From Balanoglossus misakiensis (taxonomy: Eukaryota; Animalia; Hemichordata): a stretch of DNA of 64,000 nt. The notes under the pieces are model-generated. The model had not been told where the DNA came from. It made no database searches and saw nothing but the letters and a program-made list of their open reading frames with translations. Shown here one piece after another: positions 13,669 to 27,000 of the stretch (positions within the stretch are counted from its first letter, which is position 1; the number at the start of each line of letters is the position of its first letter). The position numbers and the translations under genes were made by a program. The DNA lies in assembly GCA_040954595.2 (NCBI GenBank), contig CM082581.2, forward strand, positions 4,270,699-4,334,698, written 5' to 3'.

Positions 13669-15012
13669 GCCTCATATCTCGAACTTGAAAAAAAAAAAAA
13701 AAAACAGAATTTTTTTTCTCTAACAGAAATTAAGTAGGGTGAAGTCACAAAACAGCTGTGGCAAAATCTTCTGGTGGGATCTACCTTTTGATGAAAATGA
13801 TATTTGATGTTTTCCTGGAATAGCTGCTTTCCGGGGATTTGTTATTGTACAGAAGTTGCACCCTAAAACAATTCACAATGGCAGAGGTAAGAGCCAGAAA
13901 TCATAAGCACTGATTTGAAGTGAATACAATTCATGCCAAAAGGACTCCTTATATGAATGTTTATAGAAGGCTTTGACCTTGTATATCTGCAGGTTGTACA
14001 AACTTTAATCAGTTAAAACAAGTAATGGCTCTGGGCATGGGGAAAAATGGCTGAATGAGGCTCATATTGGACCATCTTACAACAAATGACATGCAGAGGA
14101 AGTCATAGGGGAAGTTTCTTCATGAAGTTTGAAAGAAATACATTCAGGTGTATCTGGGGGGAAATGCAGAGATAAAGCAAAATGGCCGACTAACAGCCTT
14201 GTTGGGTCCTGCCAGACAAACTATCTTTTTTACATTTATACTATGTTTCTAGTTTCACTCTACAGAGCTATGGAGGTAGCCTTATCTGTTAAACTCCAGG
14301 TACACGAAACTCCAACTCTGGGCTTTTTTTCTCAGTTTTTCTGTTTGGGGTATCGATTATGGTATCTCGTTTTGCTTAGTAAAGATTGAACAATTAATAA
14401 CATTATCCGGAGCAGAAAAAGAAAAATAACGAAAAATTACCCAAAAGTTAAAGTTACCAGAGCATTAAAAGCTCCCCAGCTTTATGACTGATAAGCTTGA
14501 TCAGTCAGTGCAAGCTGCTTAGAGATGATCCAAATCTGCATACCATAAAGCGCCATCTCCATCAATGTTTCAAAGTCACAGACAAAGATTTGCATAGATT
14601 CTATCATGCCATGCATATACAGTGCTCCATTCACCTAACCCCAAAGCTCACCTGTTTCTTTTCCTCTACAAAAAAAAAAAAATATTTTACAAATACTTGT
14701 GCTTGGGGTTGCGTTCCAACTGATGGCAGTTCAACATTACAAGATGATGCTGGCAAAAACATGAGAGAATACTACCTAAACTCCCACAGAACAGACTCTA
14801 AAACTTTGCAAATTATATGTAACAAAAACTGAACTTTAAAAGCATAACATTTTGTTCAACAAATTAATGTAATTACAAAGATATCGATGTATTTAAAAAA
14901 AATGAAACATCCTTGTTAACACCAGAGTGCTCCGAAAAGCACAAACACTTGATAAGGACACAGACGGGGAAATCCTTCTTTGTACAGCCACATCCTGGAG
15001 TATGTATAAGGG

Positions 15013-18000
15013 TTATAGTGTCTCCGCTGGGGTCTCCGGTGCTGGAGATGCCTTAGCACTGTTTGCAGAATCTTCTGCTGAGGAGGACTTTGCACTATCG
15101 TCTGGCGATGAGGACTTTGCGCTATCTTCTGGAGATGAGCATGCATCCTTGCTGTTCTGATCACTTGATGACACAGACTCCAGTTCATGTTCGTTACAAT
15201 ACAGTTTATTACGGAATTCCGTCATCCTTCCCTCGGCGTGGGTTTCACAATAGGAGTTGGGGCAATCCACACACAATCTGACCGACTGTTTTCCGCACTC
15301 GTCACAGTGGTGCCATGGACACTGCCACTTGCCTATAATTAAATACAAAAAAAACCATCCTGTGGTCAGTAAACTTTTCCACTGTGGTGATAGTCAAAGG
15401 CTGGTGACTCAGAAACTCTACCCTTTGCACCCTGACCCCTGATGACCTATGATGTCATTCTGAAGTAGCTCGTCAGACACAGGTTTCCTGTAGGTTCTTT
15501 GTTTGTTTATGCAGTTTATTGTGTGCAGACATCCATCAACACTTTTCAAAATCTTTCCTAAAATAACATGGATGTGGGATGCTGTGAAAAGAACCAAGAT
15601 GCGACAGGGTCACAACATGTCTAGTTAGTAAGCAACTTACAGTATCTCGTAAAACACTTACAATGTAATGGGTGCACACATCAAGTCAATATTGATTATA
15701 TTATATCATGCTACCGTCCGCGATTCTGATTGGACGAGAGCTATGGTAAAATACTGTTTTACCACTGCTGGCAGTGGTAAAACGGGCCCCTGAACTAGCA
15801 TGCAGCAGGGAAAATGTGCGGTTATACCACAGTCGCGCGGGACTAAACCAAATGAATAACATAAAAACACTTGAATTTACGGATGTTTTATTTTGGAACT
15901 GCTCTGCTCTGAATATTTTGCACTTTTGTCACTTTTTGGCGTCTGCTTTATGTTTAATGCTCGATCCCGGGCCGCATGTGTTTACATTCACCGTCGCCAT
16001 GTTGGTTCACGATTGTAATTTCTCTTTCTGATGCCGTTTCGCTCAGAAAATGACACTGATTTGCCACGAAAACAGTTGTTGATATAATATAATAGCAATA
16101 ACCCCCGCCTCAGTCGGGTATACACTCGATTTTGGTACAATTCGCTCCATATAGCACTCGCCTAACGGCTCGTGCTATATGTCTCGAATTGTACCAAAAT
16201 CTCGTGTATACCCGCCTGCGGCGGGGGTTATTGCTTAATTATATTATACCAGTATATTGATGGTGTAAATCACGCTATTTGATTGGTCGAGACACGACAC
16301 GTGACCGTGATATATTAGCCATATACCACAGTCATATATCATAGTTAAAGAAAATGCCTTTTTAAAATGTTTTATGCAAAGTTTCAATATACTGGCATAA
16401 TATAATAGCAATAAAACACCCCCAGCCATGGTATACCACTCGATTTTGACCAGTTCAACTCCATGTACGCACTCGCTATCGCTCGTGCGTATATGTCGTG
16501 AACTGGTCAAAATCTCGTGATATACCATGGCTGGGGGTGTTTTATTGCTTAAATATTCAATGGCCATTTGTAGAGTGTCTGTGCTTGACCATAGACACAC
16601 AACGTACTTGATAATACAGATAAAAGATGAGATATTTACCATATGGTGGCTTTTTAAGGTTGAGGCATTTCAGATGATACGCTTTGGGACACGATTTCTT
16701 ATCACACATCACCAATTCACCACCTTCGAAACATCGGAAACATTCATCGTCATGATTCTGTTTGATTTGTCGCTTCTTGTATTTTCTCCTTTTCTTCTTC
16801 TTCTGTTTGTCTTCTTGAGGCAAAATCTACAAATGAATACAGGCAGGTAACTATTAAACTTTGGCATGGAACCAATTATGAAATGATGGTGCAAGTCACA
16901 AATGCACATTCTTTTATGAATTCTTCAAATATGTATTCTCTGAAGGTGAAAATAAGGTGTCTGTGTGTGCCATTAAAGTTTGAGAAAGCTACAAGCACAT
17001 CAGAAATCATGCTCTTGAGTCACAACTTACCTTTGGTCTAACTCCAATATAACCACTACAATTCTTGGCCCCACATTCACACTTCTTTTTCTCGTTACCA
17101 AGGCAATCCAAGTTGTAATTGAACGTCAGTTCAGAGCCTGAAATGTACAAGATTCACATGATAATAATTAATAGACATTTTATTCATATGTACCTCCTCC
17201 TCTCTCCTCTAAACAAACGTCATTTTCTACAGTGGTTGTCTGATTTGGATAGTTAACTTCCATATAACCATTTATGAGCACCCAAAATACCATCTTGAAT
17301 GGCCAATACTGTCACCTTGAGTACCCATGAAAGTTTGTGCTTTTCTTCTTGCAAGAAAAGAAGTACGACAATAAATAAGGTGTGTCTTACCTGGAGGAAT
17401 GTCCCTCAAAGCGAAGAGTCCAACACGGGTATCTCCATTGACGGTCCACTTAGACGTCTCACAGTTTGGATCACAGGAGTGGTTCATGAATCTGGCAAAG
17501 TTCCCCCTTGGTCCTGCGTCTATGATACGATCTTTATCCAATGTCAACATGTAGAAGTTATCCTCATCCTTGGAGTGGCAGTTCTTGATCCTGTTATGGC
17601 ACGTCTCTTCGTCCACTAACTCGCCTACGTACTCATTCACAAAGTCACCCTGTGGGATCAAGCCACATCATCAGCACTTATTTAAAGGCCCATACTTGTC
17701 AACTTAGGCAACTCTAGAGATATAAACAATACCTTTCCTTTTGTCTGTGCACAAAACTATTTGACATTATGCCCCTTTCATCAATTAATGATTACAATGT
17801 TTGTTGAATGTGGGAAATATGTCATTGATAGCTGTGATTGTGAGGTCTAGAAGTCATCCTTCCTCAATGTCAATCTCACAGCATCAGCGACAAAGGCAGA
17901 TGAAAGTAAATAACAAACACCAGGAGTGACATGATTTAAAATTAACCCTTCCATCCCCAGTTTCCTCTTTAGCAGTTCAACCTTACCATAGAAAACAATG

Positions 18001-21000
18001 GGTGTGGACTGAACCATGGCGGTGAAAGAGTTTAAAAGAAGACCTCATGCACTACAGGAAATTATATTTTGAAATCACAATGAAATACAGACATGGTTTG
18101 TTACACTGACTTCTTTAGAGTCTACAACCCTTGTTATATCTCATACTTACACACACACACATTTCAAACTTACCTTCTTAATGTGAGACATCGTCTTCAA
18201 TCCCCAGCCACGGCCTTTCTCTGATGTTCGGAACGGAGCACATTCTGGGTACTGCGTTTTCTGGAAACGTTGATTTTGGCATTTTTCTCCAGCTGGACAG
18301 ACTTGTGGATGGCACTCTATGAGCAGCATGCGATTGAGGCAGTCACTATCTGGTCCGCAAGGATTCTTCATATCTGCTTTACATTCACACGGCGTACACT
18401 GAGATATATCAAATTGTGGCATTTGTACTTTTCCTATTGGTTTATTAGTCTGCATTGAAAAAAGAGACAGAGAAAATAGACAAATGTCAAAAATACCGCA
18501 AATGTGAAAATTCACCAACCACATACAATATACCTTGCAGTCCTTAAATGCGGCAGTCTTAGGGGGCCGTCACAGATTGTTACAGATTAATGTGTGAAAT
18601 TAATGCTAAGGGGATGAAGGGAGTTTGAGCTTAATTCCTTCAAATAGGCTAGTTTGAAAGTTTCTATGATCCATCCAGAGATAGAAGGACAGACATCTTT
18701 CTGTACATGTAGTTCAGTTGGCACACATAAACAATGTGAGGCAACAGCCACTCCCAGTCTTAGGAGCCTTCAATGGCATGAACAGGGAGCCAAACAGCAC
18801 ATTGCTCTGTCATTGATTCTGGTGGCTAGTCTCCATTGTTGTACTGGCCGCATATGGAGTCTGCCTGGAGGAGCTATGGGAGCGAGGTGGTCCAGTGGGG
18901 AAAACGTCAATCATCCAGTTGCCTGACTATAGGCCACTGCCATCAGTCCCTACTCCATGAAGCCGGGTGATCCAGTACCAACTTCCTGATAAAAGCCTGA
19001 ACCCACTGGAGACCACGTGAAGGACTTTCGGATCAACAGGGTTTTTAGTTATGGAAAACCAGTCTCAGCTGACAGGCCATTGGCACTGCAGGTAAGGGTA
19101 GACCAAGACCAAGGAACAAGGGAAATTGCTGTGCGAGAGTTCTACCTATAAGCAGGCATGAATGCAAACTAGACTTTTCATTCATATTATCACTGAACTT
19201 TCATTTAGGGGAGGGGTTTTTGATCTATACGAACAAATATCTCTTTTGTATCTCCTGTGACAATCTGAGACGGTCCCCATCAGCGAACTTGTGTGGGAGG
19301 GACTAGTGCCAGACAGTTAACATCCCTAGCCTGGTGAAGAAAGCATGATGGAGAAAAGAAAGCAGGCAACTGGTTTTACTGTGACACAACGCAAATACAA
19401 GAGACATGTTACTCTCATATTACGTACCGAATACTCACCTTATTTAATAAGCTTGAAATTTAATTATCAGAATGAATCTGTGGAAAACCAGACAGGCACA
19501 TAAGAAAGACAAGCCTACCAGGAGGGTTTTTAGTAGCTACGCATGAAGAGTTATACAAGTGAAGATGTTATGATGGGAGACAGGTTCTAGTATGGATATA
19601 CTACAAGAAGTATAATGATCAAAGCTCTATTAGCTGTAACTTTTCACAATGTTTTCAGTATGTTTGTTTTGTGTATCTAATGCAGTTTCTTGTTCAAATA
19701 CCTGAACCATGATGAAATACCCAGTGCACAGCTTATTCACACAATTAACCTATATGTGTATAGTAAGCATTGTGCTGTGCATAATTTGTATTCTAGACTG
19801 GACTAGAATCATTTGTCAACAATAACAATGGCAATTACACACATATTGGTTATGTTGACAAGTGGAATGTTGGGTATACAAGAATGCTGTTTGGAGTAGA
19901 TCAAGAAGCTGCATTTAGTACACAGAACAAAAATGCTGAAAATAAAGCCAAAAAGATACAGCTAATGTCCCTCGAACTTTGCTAACCTTGATGAATTTGA
20001 ACGGTGCTGGTTTCTTCTCGCTGTTCTCCAGTTCTTTTGCCACACGCTGTTCCTTTGCTTTCTTCCATTCTTGAAATCTGGTGTTCGCCTGATCCAATGC
20101 TGAAAAGTTCCAAGGGGTAAACATTGATCAATGTCAAATCCAGAGTTTTTATGCAAATAACATTCTCCAGACTAGCGTGGATGGTTTTAATCCGGCTAGA
20201 CAGTCTGACCTGTAAAGAGGGAAACTGAAGTTTAGTATCGTTCAAAAATTGGACATTAACTTTCCGAACTGACATTGGCCATCTGTCAAGCATCAACAGG
20301 GGATGTAGCGCTTCTTTAGAACACACTGATCCAGTCTCTTTCTTCAAGCAGCTGTTTACTGGATATCCCTTTATGGGTGTCAGATTCTGGCTTTGAATCT
20401 AAGACATTTAGACCTAGAATTTCTCCCAACATGGAACCAGCACTCCAAGCAGTGTGCCTTTCATAGGCACTTGATACATTTGGACCACTTACATACAGCT
20501 TGTGGCATAGAAAAACCTGTTAATCCAAGGATCAAGATTTTCCGCATAAGAAAACAATCGCAGCAACAGCAAAAGAGAGATGGGTGTGCACTTATACTCC
20601 AGCACAACTGTCAATATGACAGGCAGGGGGAAAAAGTAAAGCAACATGACATACAATAGGTCTCTTCTACCTGTCATGTTTTATAATACATGTATTAATC
20701 AACATCAGTTATCATTGATAGCGTCTCTCTGTCTTTCACCATAACAACAACAATATACTGCTGTTATTGTGGTAAATTTTTCAGCAACTTCCCAAACCAA
20801 TTATGTTAGTATGACATCCTCTAGGACATCAATGTTTTCTATGTAGTTGGTTGGGCATTGCTGGCTAATGTACTGATCGGTCGACATCAGTGCATCTTAC
20901 CTTGATTGAAGTTTAGTTGTCTTCGCTTCTTGGGGCCTGCTTTAAATAAAAGACCTGACATAGGTTATTTCTATGCTTAAAGGGACAAAGTCTCTCTCCA

Positions 21001-24000
21001 GCTGCCCCTTTTCCATTAATTATGTTTGATACAAGACACTGGTTATGTTAATGTAAATGTGGATATATAGTGAATCAATGATCAACCACACAAAACTTCC
21101 ATCCCACTTGTATGATATGAGAGTAAAAACTCGCCCAAAATGAATAAATGGTAAAGAATGATTATTCATTCTGGCGATTTTTTTTCACTCTCTTGTCTAT
21201 AAGAGGGATGGAAGTTGTGTGTGGTTGAACGTTCATTCACTATATATCCACATGTAGAATAACAAACAGCGTCTTGTATAAAATATAATTAATGGAAAAA
21301 AGGGCAGCGAGAGAGAGACTTTGTCCCTTTAAACCATCCGGCAACTATCTTAATGCCAGTAACGCAAAGGGTCACAAAAACTAACCACGTTTGGACTAGT
21401 TAATCAGAGCAACATACCCAGTTTGAAGACTTGTGCTAGACCCTTTGTACAACTGCTATCCTTGCTGCCTTTATCGCCCTCTTGAAAATGAAAGACCCTG
21501 GCTTGGTGTGTCCAGAAGTAGTCGTTAGAACCGAAGAATTTCACCGGAAATTCGCCAACCTGATGAGGTTTCTCCTGAATGTTTAAAGGGAGGTTTTTGT
21601 ATTGGTAGACTTCAGCTGGCCACCACCTAGGAATGAAAATACAGACATTTCATTCCACTGCTACGCATACCATATAGTGATGAGATATTATAAGGTTATT
21701 ACGAAAATACCGCAAAGTAGGGTGATGCGCTACTAGAGAGTGGGGTTGATGGCACACAAAGAAAGACACACAATATTGGTGCTGCAATTACTAACCTATA
21801 GTTTCCCAATTTGACCCAGACAATATCACCATACTGTGGTCTTTTACCATTTGTACAATCTCTGCAATACCAACAGTCTTCAGGTATCTCATCATAACCA
21901 ATACACTCTGGATGAAATGCAGCTGGGCAACTTTCACAACACATCAGACTTCCACCTGCAAATACAGTGGACATTATCATAGTGTAAGTCAAACGTGCTT
22001 AAGTTTGCGCACTAAGTAATGCATATTTTGCAACCCACGAGTAATTGTAGTCATTATAAGAATTTTAACTCACAAGTTTTCCCTAAAATTGGGAAATACT
22101 GAGAACATCACAATGATGTCACTCACCTTTTGAACACATAAAACACCAGCTGACATTGACATGCGAGTGATGCTTCTGAGTTTTCACTGGTTGGAAATGT
22201 TTACTGCATACAATGGCATTGGAGGCCAACACAATACTTCCTGCAGCTATGCAACCATCTCCAGCGTGGTAAGCGGTTGGGCAACGCACACATCGAGTCA
22301 ATCGACCTGAGGGAAAAAGAGCAGACTTTTTTCTATCACATCTGTCCCGAAAGTTATCTCTCAGTAGAATTCATCAGTCTCAATATACACAGCTCATATC
22401 CTTTCCTTGGCAAAATTACTGCCAGTAGAATCTATTGAACTATATTTCATTATCTTTTATCATCTGTGATGATGGCATTAGATATTTACTCTGTGTGTAT
22501 GGAACTGTGTAATAATGGCCACTCATACACAAATACTAACAAATTTGGGGACGGTATTTGCCCTGTTCTGCTGGTGATAAAATCCCAGTAACACCCACAT
22601 TGACTGCATAATTAACATGCCCTTGTAAGCCACATTTGTGAAGCGCATGTCTTTCTCTCTTGTCGATTTATAGCCTTACCTTTGTGTGCTCTGGAATTCC
22701 TGGGATTCTCGGCAGAGCAAGCCTGGCATGTATGCAAGGGGCAAGTTACACCTTTCCCGTCAAACCTGGAGAGTGGCCACTTCTTCAAGCATTCCTCATG
22801 GTAGAATTTGCCACACAAAGCTACTGAGCAACGTTTGACAGTGATGTCACTCTTGCTACAGATGAAACATGAATGAACCCCTGTAAAATGTGAAAGAAAA
22901 ACCATCCTTTTTCTTAGTTTATCCTTCATGATACTGTACTTTTCTTAGCACAACAAAATTGTTATGTAAAGATTCACTTGAAAGATTAAGTTCTTTTCAC
23001 TAGATTTAATAAACTGCTCCTTGAAGCTTTCATATCTCACAGGAAAAATGATCAGTTCTGTAACAGATAAATGTATGTGTATACAGGGTGAGCACTTAGT
23101 CTCTTGCCAAATTGTAGGTTGCAAAATCGGTTGCTTGATATGACAACTTCTAAAGTTAGACTTACTGATACAATTGGATTTTGCAGGCGTTTCACGAAAA
23201 CATGCTACATGGATTCTTCATTGACCCGCATGTATGTATATAACGTTCTTGCCCTACAGCTTGGCATATATTCTGTACAGCTCAAAGTAACACTAAAAGC
23301 CTCCCACCACCAGGAGATAACAATGTAAGTCCTGTCTCATTTGGTATTCCAGTGCAAAAATCCCGGCTCAAACGCCAACTCACCTGAAATGCATTCATCA
23401 CATTTGAAGACACCCGCTGGCGTCTGCTGAAGTCCAATACAATCCAGATGGAAAGCTCCACAACACTGTCCTTCACAGAGTAACAATTCTCCTGGTCGTT
23501 CACACACCTGGCACACATTCTCCTTCCTGGACGCCCCAGCACCTCCGCCACCGCGACTGCCGTTTTTACCATTAGTACTACTGCTACTACAGCCATTGCC
23601 ACTGCAATGACCATTGCTGCATTCACTGTCATTGGTTTCGCTGTTTCCGTTGGTCGCCGATTGTATGGCATCACTGATAATGGACGTGTCAATCACCAAG
23701 GGGTTTTCATCTTCCTGCATTTCTGCAAAATCTTGTGACATCTACAGAACGAACATACATCATATTAGAATTTACTTACTTTTCTAACACTGTTTTTTTT
23801 AAATGTAAAACTACTATGGTACCTTTTAAAACCTTGGCCACATTGTCAAGGAAGGAAAACTAGTAGAAATGTGACAATATTCTTGCACCATTACTACTGC
23901 ACAGGCTGGTACTTATATTTTTTACATACACAGCTGACTGAAAATTGCCACACCCCAGCCATTTCTTATAGGGGGAAAAATGATAACAAACAAACAGAAG

Positions 24001-27000
24001 AATTCCACCCAAACTTACTTCAGCGGTTATTGACTTGGCAGCTCTCACTTCTGCTAGCTTCTTGTTGGTGGATCCTGGACGCCGTCCTCTTTTCTTCTTG
24101 GCTGGTGGAGTCTCAGATGCTGCGGGCGTAGTTTCTCCTGATGCCTCATTCATACCTTCTGCTTCTGCAGCTTCTTTTTTCGCTGCCTCCATTAATTTCA
24201 GCAATGATGGTTTTCTGCCCCTCGTCTTCTTTATAGGTGTTCCGTCTGGCTGAGTAACCCCGGCAACTCTTCTGGCTGCAGCTATGACATTGTCCAGGGT
24301 GTTATCGATCGAGTCGCTTTTAGACTTCTCTTCCTTGTCTTCCTTTGGACTGATCTGCGGGTATCAAAGTTGTGAAGTGTCATTCTCAACCCAATGCATT
24401 TCTTACGTTTCATTATAGGCCATCTTCATGACCACTGCACGGAGTGACCTTACAACCAGGTGTTTTGTTGGTACATGTATCATGCCATCTAGGGTTGGTT
24501 GAAGACCACAAATTCGACAGTATCAAAGCCAAACAAAATACAAAAATAAGAAACAAATTGACACAATATAATTCTCACATTGAGGTCACTATTGGTAGTA
24601 GGCTTATCAAATTTGGTAGTATCTCTGGATTTACATCTACATTCTATGAAGTTTCAAAATAGTTTCAAGGACACAGTTTTCCAATTTGATCAGAATTGGT
24701 ACATACAATGTGACTACATACAAGACTTATATTTGGCATGTTTGGTCTTGTAACGATCAATTCTCAACATAACTAACTCTACCAGTGAGTTTAAAAAGCA
24801 TTGGATATTTACATGATGATGATCTACTGGCAAAGCTATTTCATATTTTTCTGCTTTATGCCTATATTTACATAGCCCAGTCACTAAAATTAAAGCCCTC
24901 ATTTGAAGATGCCTTTGAAGGGACAAAGTCTCTCTCTTGTTGCCCTTTTTCAATTTAATTATGTTTGATACAAGACACTCTTTATGTTATTCTACATGTG
25001 GATATATAGTGAATCAACGTTCAACCACGCACAACTTCCATCCCACTTGCAGACACAAGAGTGAAAAACTTGCCAAAATGAATAATCAGTCTCTACCGTT
25101 TATTCATTTTGGGCGAGTTTTTACTCTCATATCATACCCCAATAGGTTTCTATAAATATAATATTATAGTGAATTTCTATTTATAGCCACAGCAATAACA
25201 CTAGTACTACACACAGCCACCATAACTACAGAATAAGACTAAAATACACCAAAAACATGTACGTACTACCTTAAGCGCTTTTGTCATTTCAGGCGAAAAT
25301 CCAATATTCTCAACATCTGCCTCCTGCATCTTTTTGGATGGTCTGAGTTCTCTTCTAGATCGCTTTACTGGCGTCTGGTCTCCAAGATCATCACCCTTCC
25401 TCTTACCTGATGGAAATATTTAACTATGTCAGATGAAGTATAGTTACGTATACAAATACCAAAGTTGCCATGAAAACTGCAATACCAACGCAAGGTCAGA
25501 TCAGATCATGATTCCACGGCACAATCATGCACTAAATACAATTTACAAATTTGGAACAGATAGCAATAAGAGCTCAATTAGCCGTAACTTTCTGCTATGT
25601 TTTTCAGTATTTTTGTTAAGCGTATGAACTGCAGTTTCTTGTTCAAATCCCTGAAGCATGATGAAATTAGAGGATATAGACGACAAGCGACTCTGCAGGG
25701 GTATTTGGTTGTGGATATACGACCTCTCAGATGTTTTTAGTAAACAATGGGTATCGTTTGGAAACTTGCCTTGGTTGGCTTGATTATAACAAAATACACC
25801 CCCATTAACATAATACATTACACATTCATTCTATAACCATTGAAAATTTGTCATTGGTCTGCTATCTAGTTAGACCATGTAAAGTGATTTTCAGAAAATT
25901 GAAAATGAAATGATTGTATGGTATACAGGTAATGGGGGTGAATAGGTTACGCCAGTAAGACATGCAACTCACATAACTCACAGAATATTATCCATTAATA
26001 GGCAAGTACAAGACAAACACAAAATTTCTAGGATTTTTCACATTGCAGTGTTCTCCCTAGAGCAATTAAAGCATGGTGGCCACCACTCTTTAATTTTGAG
26101 AAGACAATTGAACCACATCAACATAACAATTGATAATATTGTTATGCAAAATAGCCATCACTATCAGAAATTCTTGGGGAGAACACTGCAACAAAGTAAT
26201 CAATACACAGGTATCAGACATACATCAGCTACGGCAAGAATACAAACCTGTCCTGGACAAATAAACTGATGTTCAAGTACAACAATGTACAGTATATATC
26301 TTACAAACCTGTTTTGGTGGTTTTCTCCTCAATGCCAGCAGCAAACTTGGACTTGTATCTTGCCTTCTGCTTATCAGACATGGCATTCCACTGCTGCTTG
26401 AGAAATTCCAACAACTGTTCATCGGTGTAATCCGGGTGATCAACTTTCACCTGATCTTTGTGCTTTTGATAGAAAATAACAAATCCGGGCTTTCGGCCGC
26501 GTTTCTTTGGTGTGTCTGTACTCTCTGCGACCATCACATCGGCCACTGTTATGCGATCGACCGGCGACTGTTTCACAGTTTTCATTTTCCTGCGGTTGTA
26601 CTTCCGCTTCGCCCTCTGCGGCGTGACCTCGCTCTCGTTGCCCGACGCCACCGCCGTGTCCACGCTGGCACTGTCCGTGGGCACCGAGTGGGAGCCTTCA
26701 GCTGCAGCCGCCTCCTCGTCGGCCTTCCTCTTCTTGTACGCTCTCTTGGCCTTCATTTTGGGCGAGTCGCCCAGCGACACAACGTCGATCTGTTCGGCGG
26801 CCACATTCCCTTCAGACGACGTCGGCATCTCGTACTTGAATGTAAAGTTGAGTTTGCGTTCATGCCTGCTCATGGGTAGCGCTCGTTCACACTCTTGCAC
26901 GGCGACTTCCCATGCTGTTCGTCCTCGCTTACTTGGCTTTATGGAGTTCTTGGATAAAAATTTGCTCCTTTCAACCCTGTTCTTTATTTTTGCGCCCATC

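Noticed and set aside
20150-20212. Good minus-strand acceptor (ttccctctttacag) in the NSD microexon-containing intron
   Set aside because: No convincing downstream donor and an immediate in-frame stop; treated as a cryptic site.
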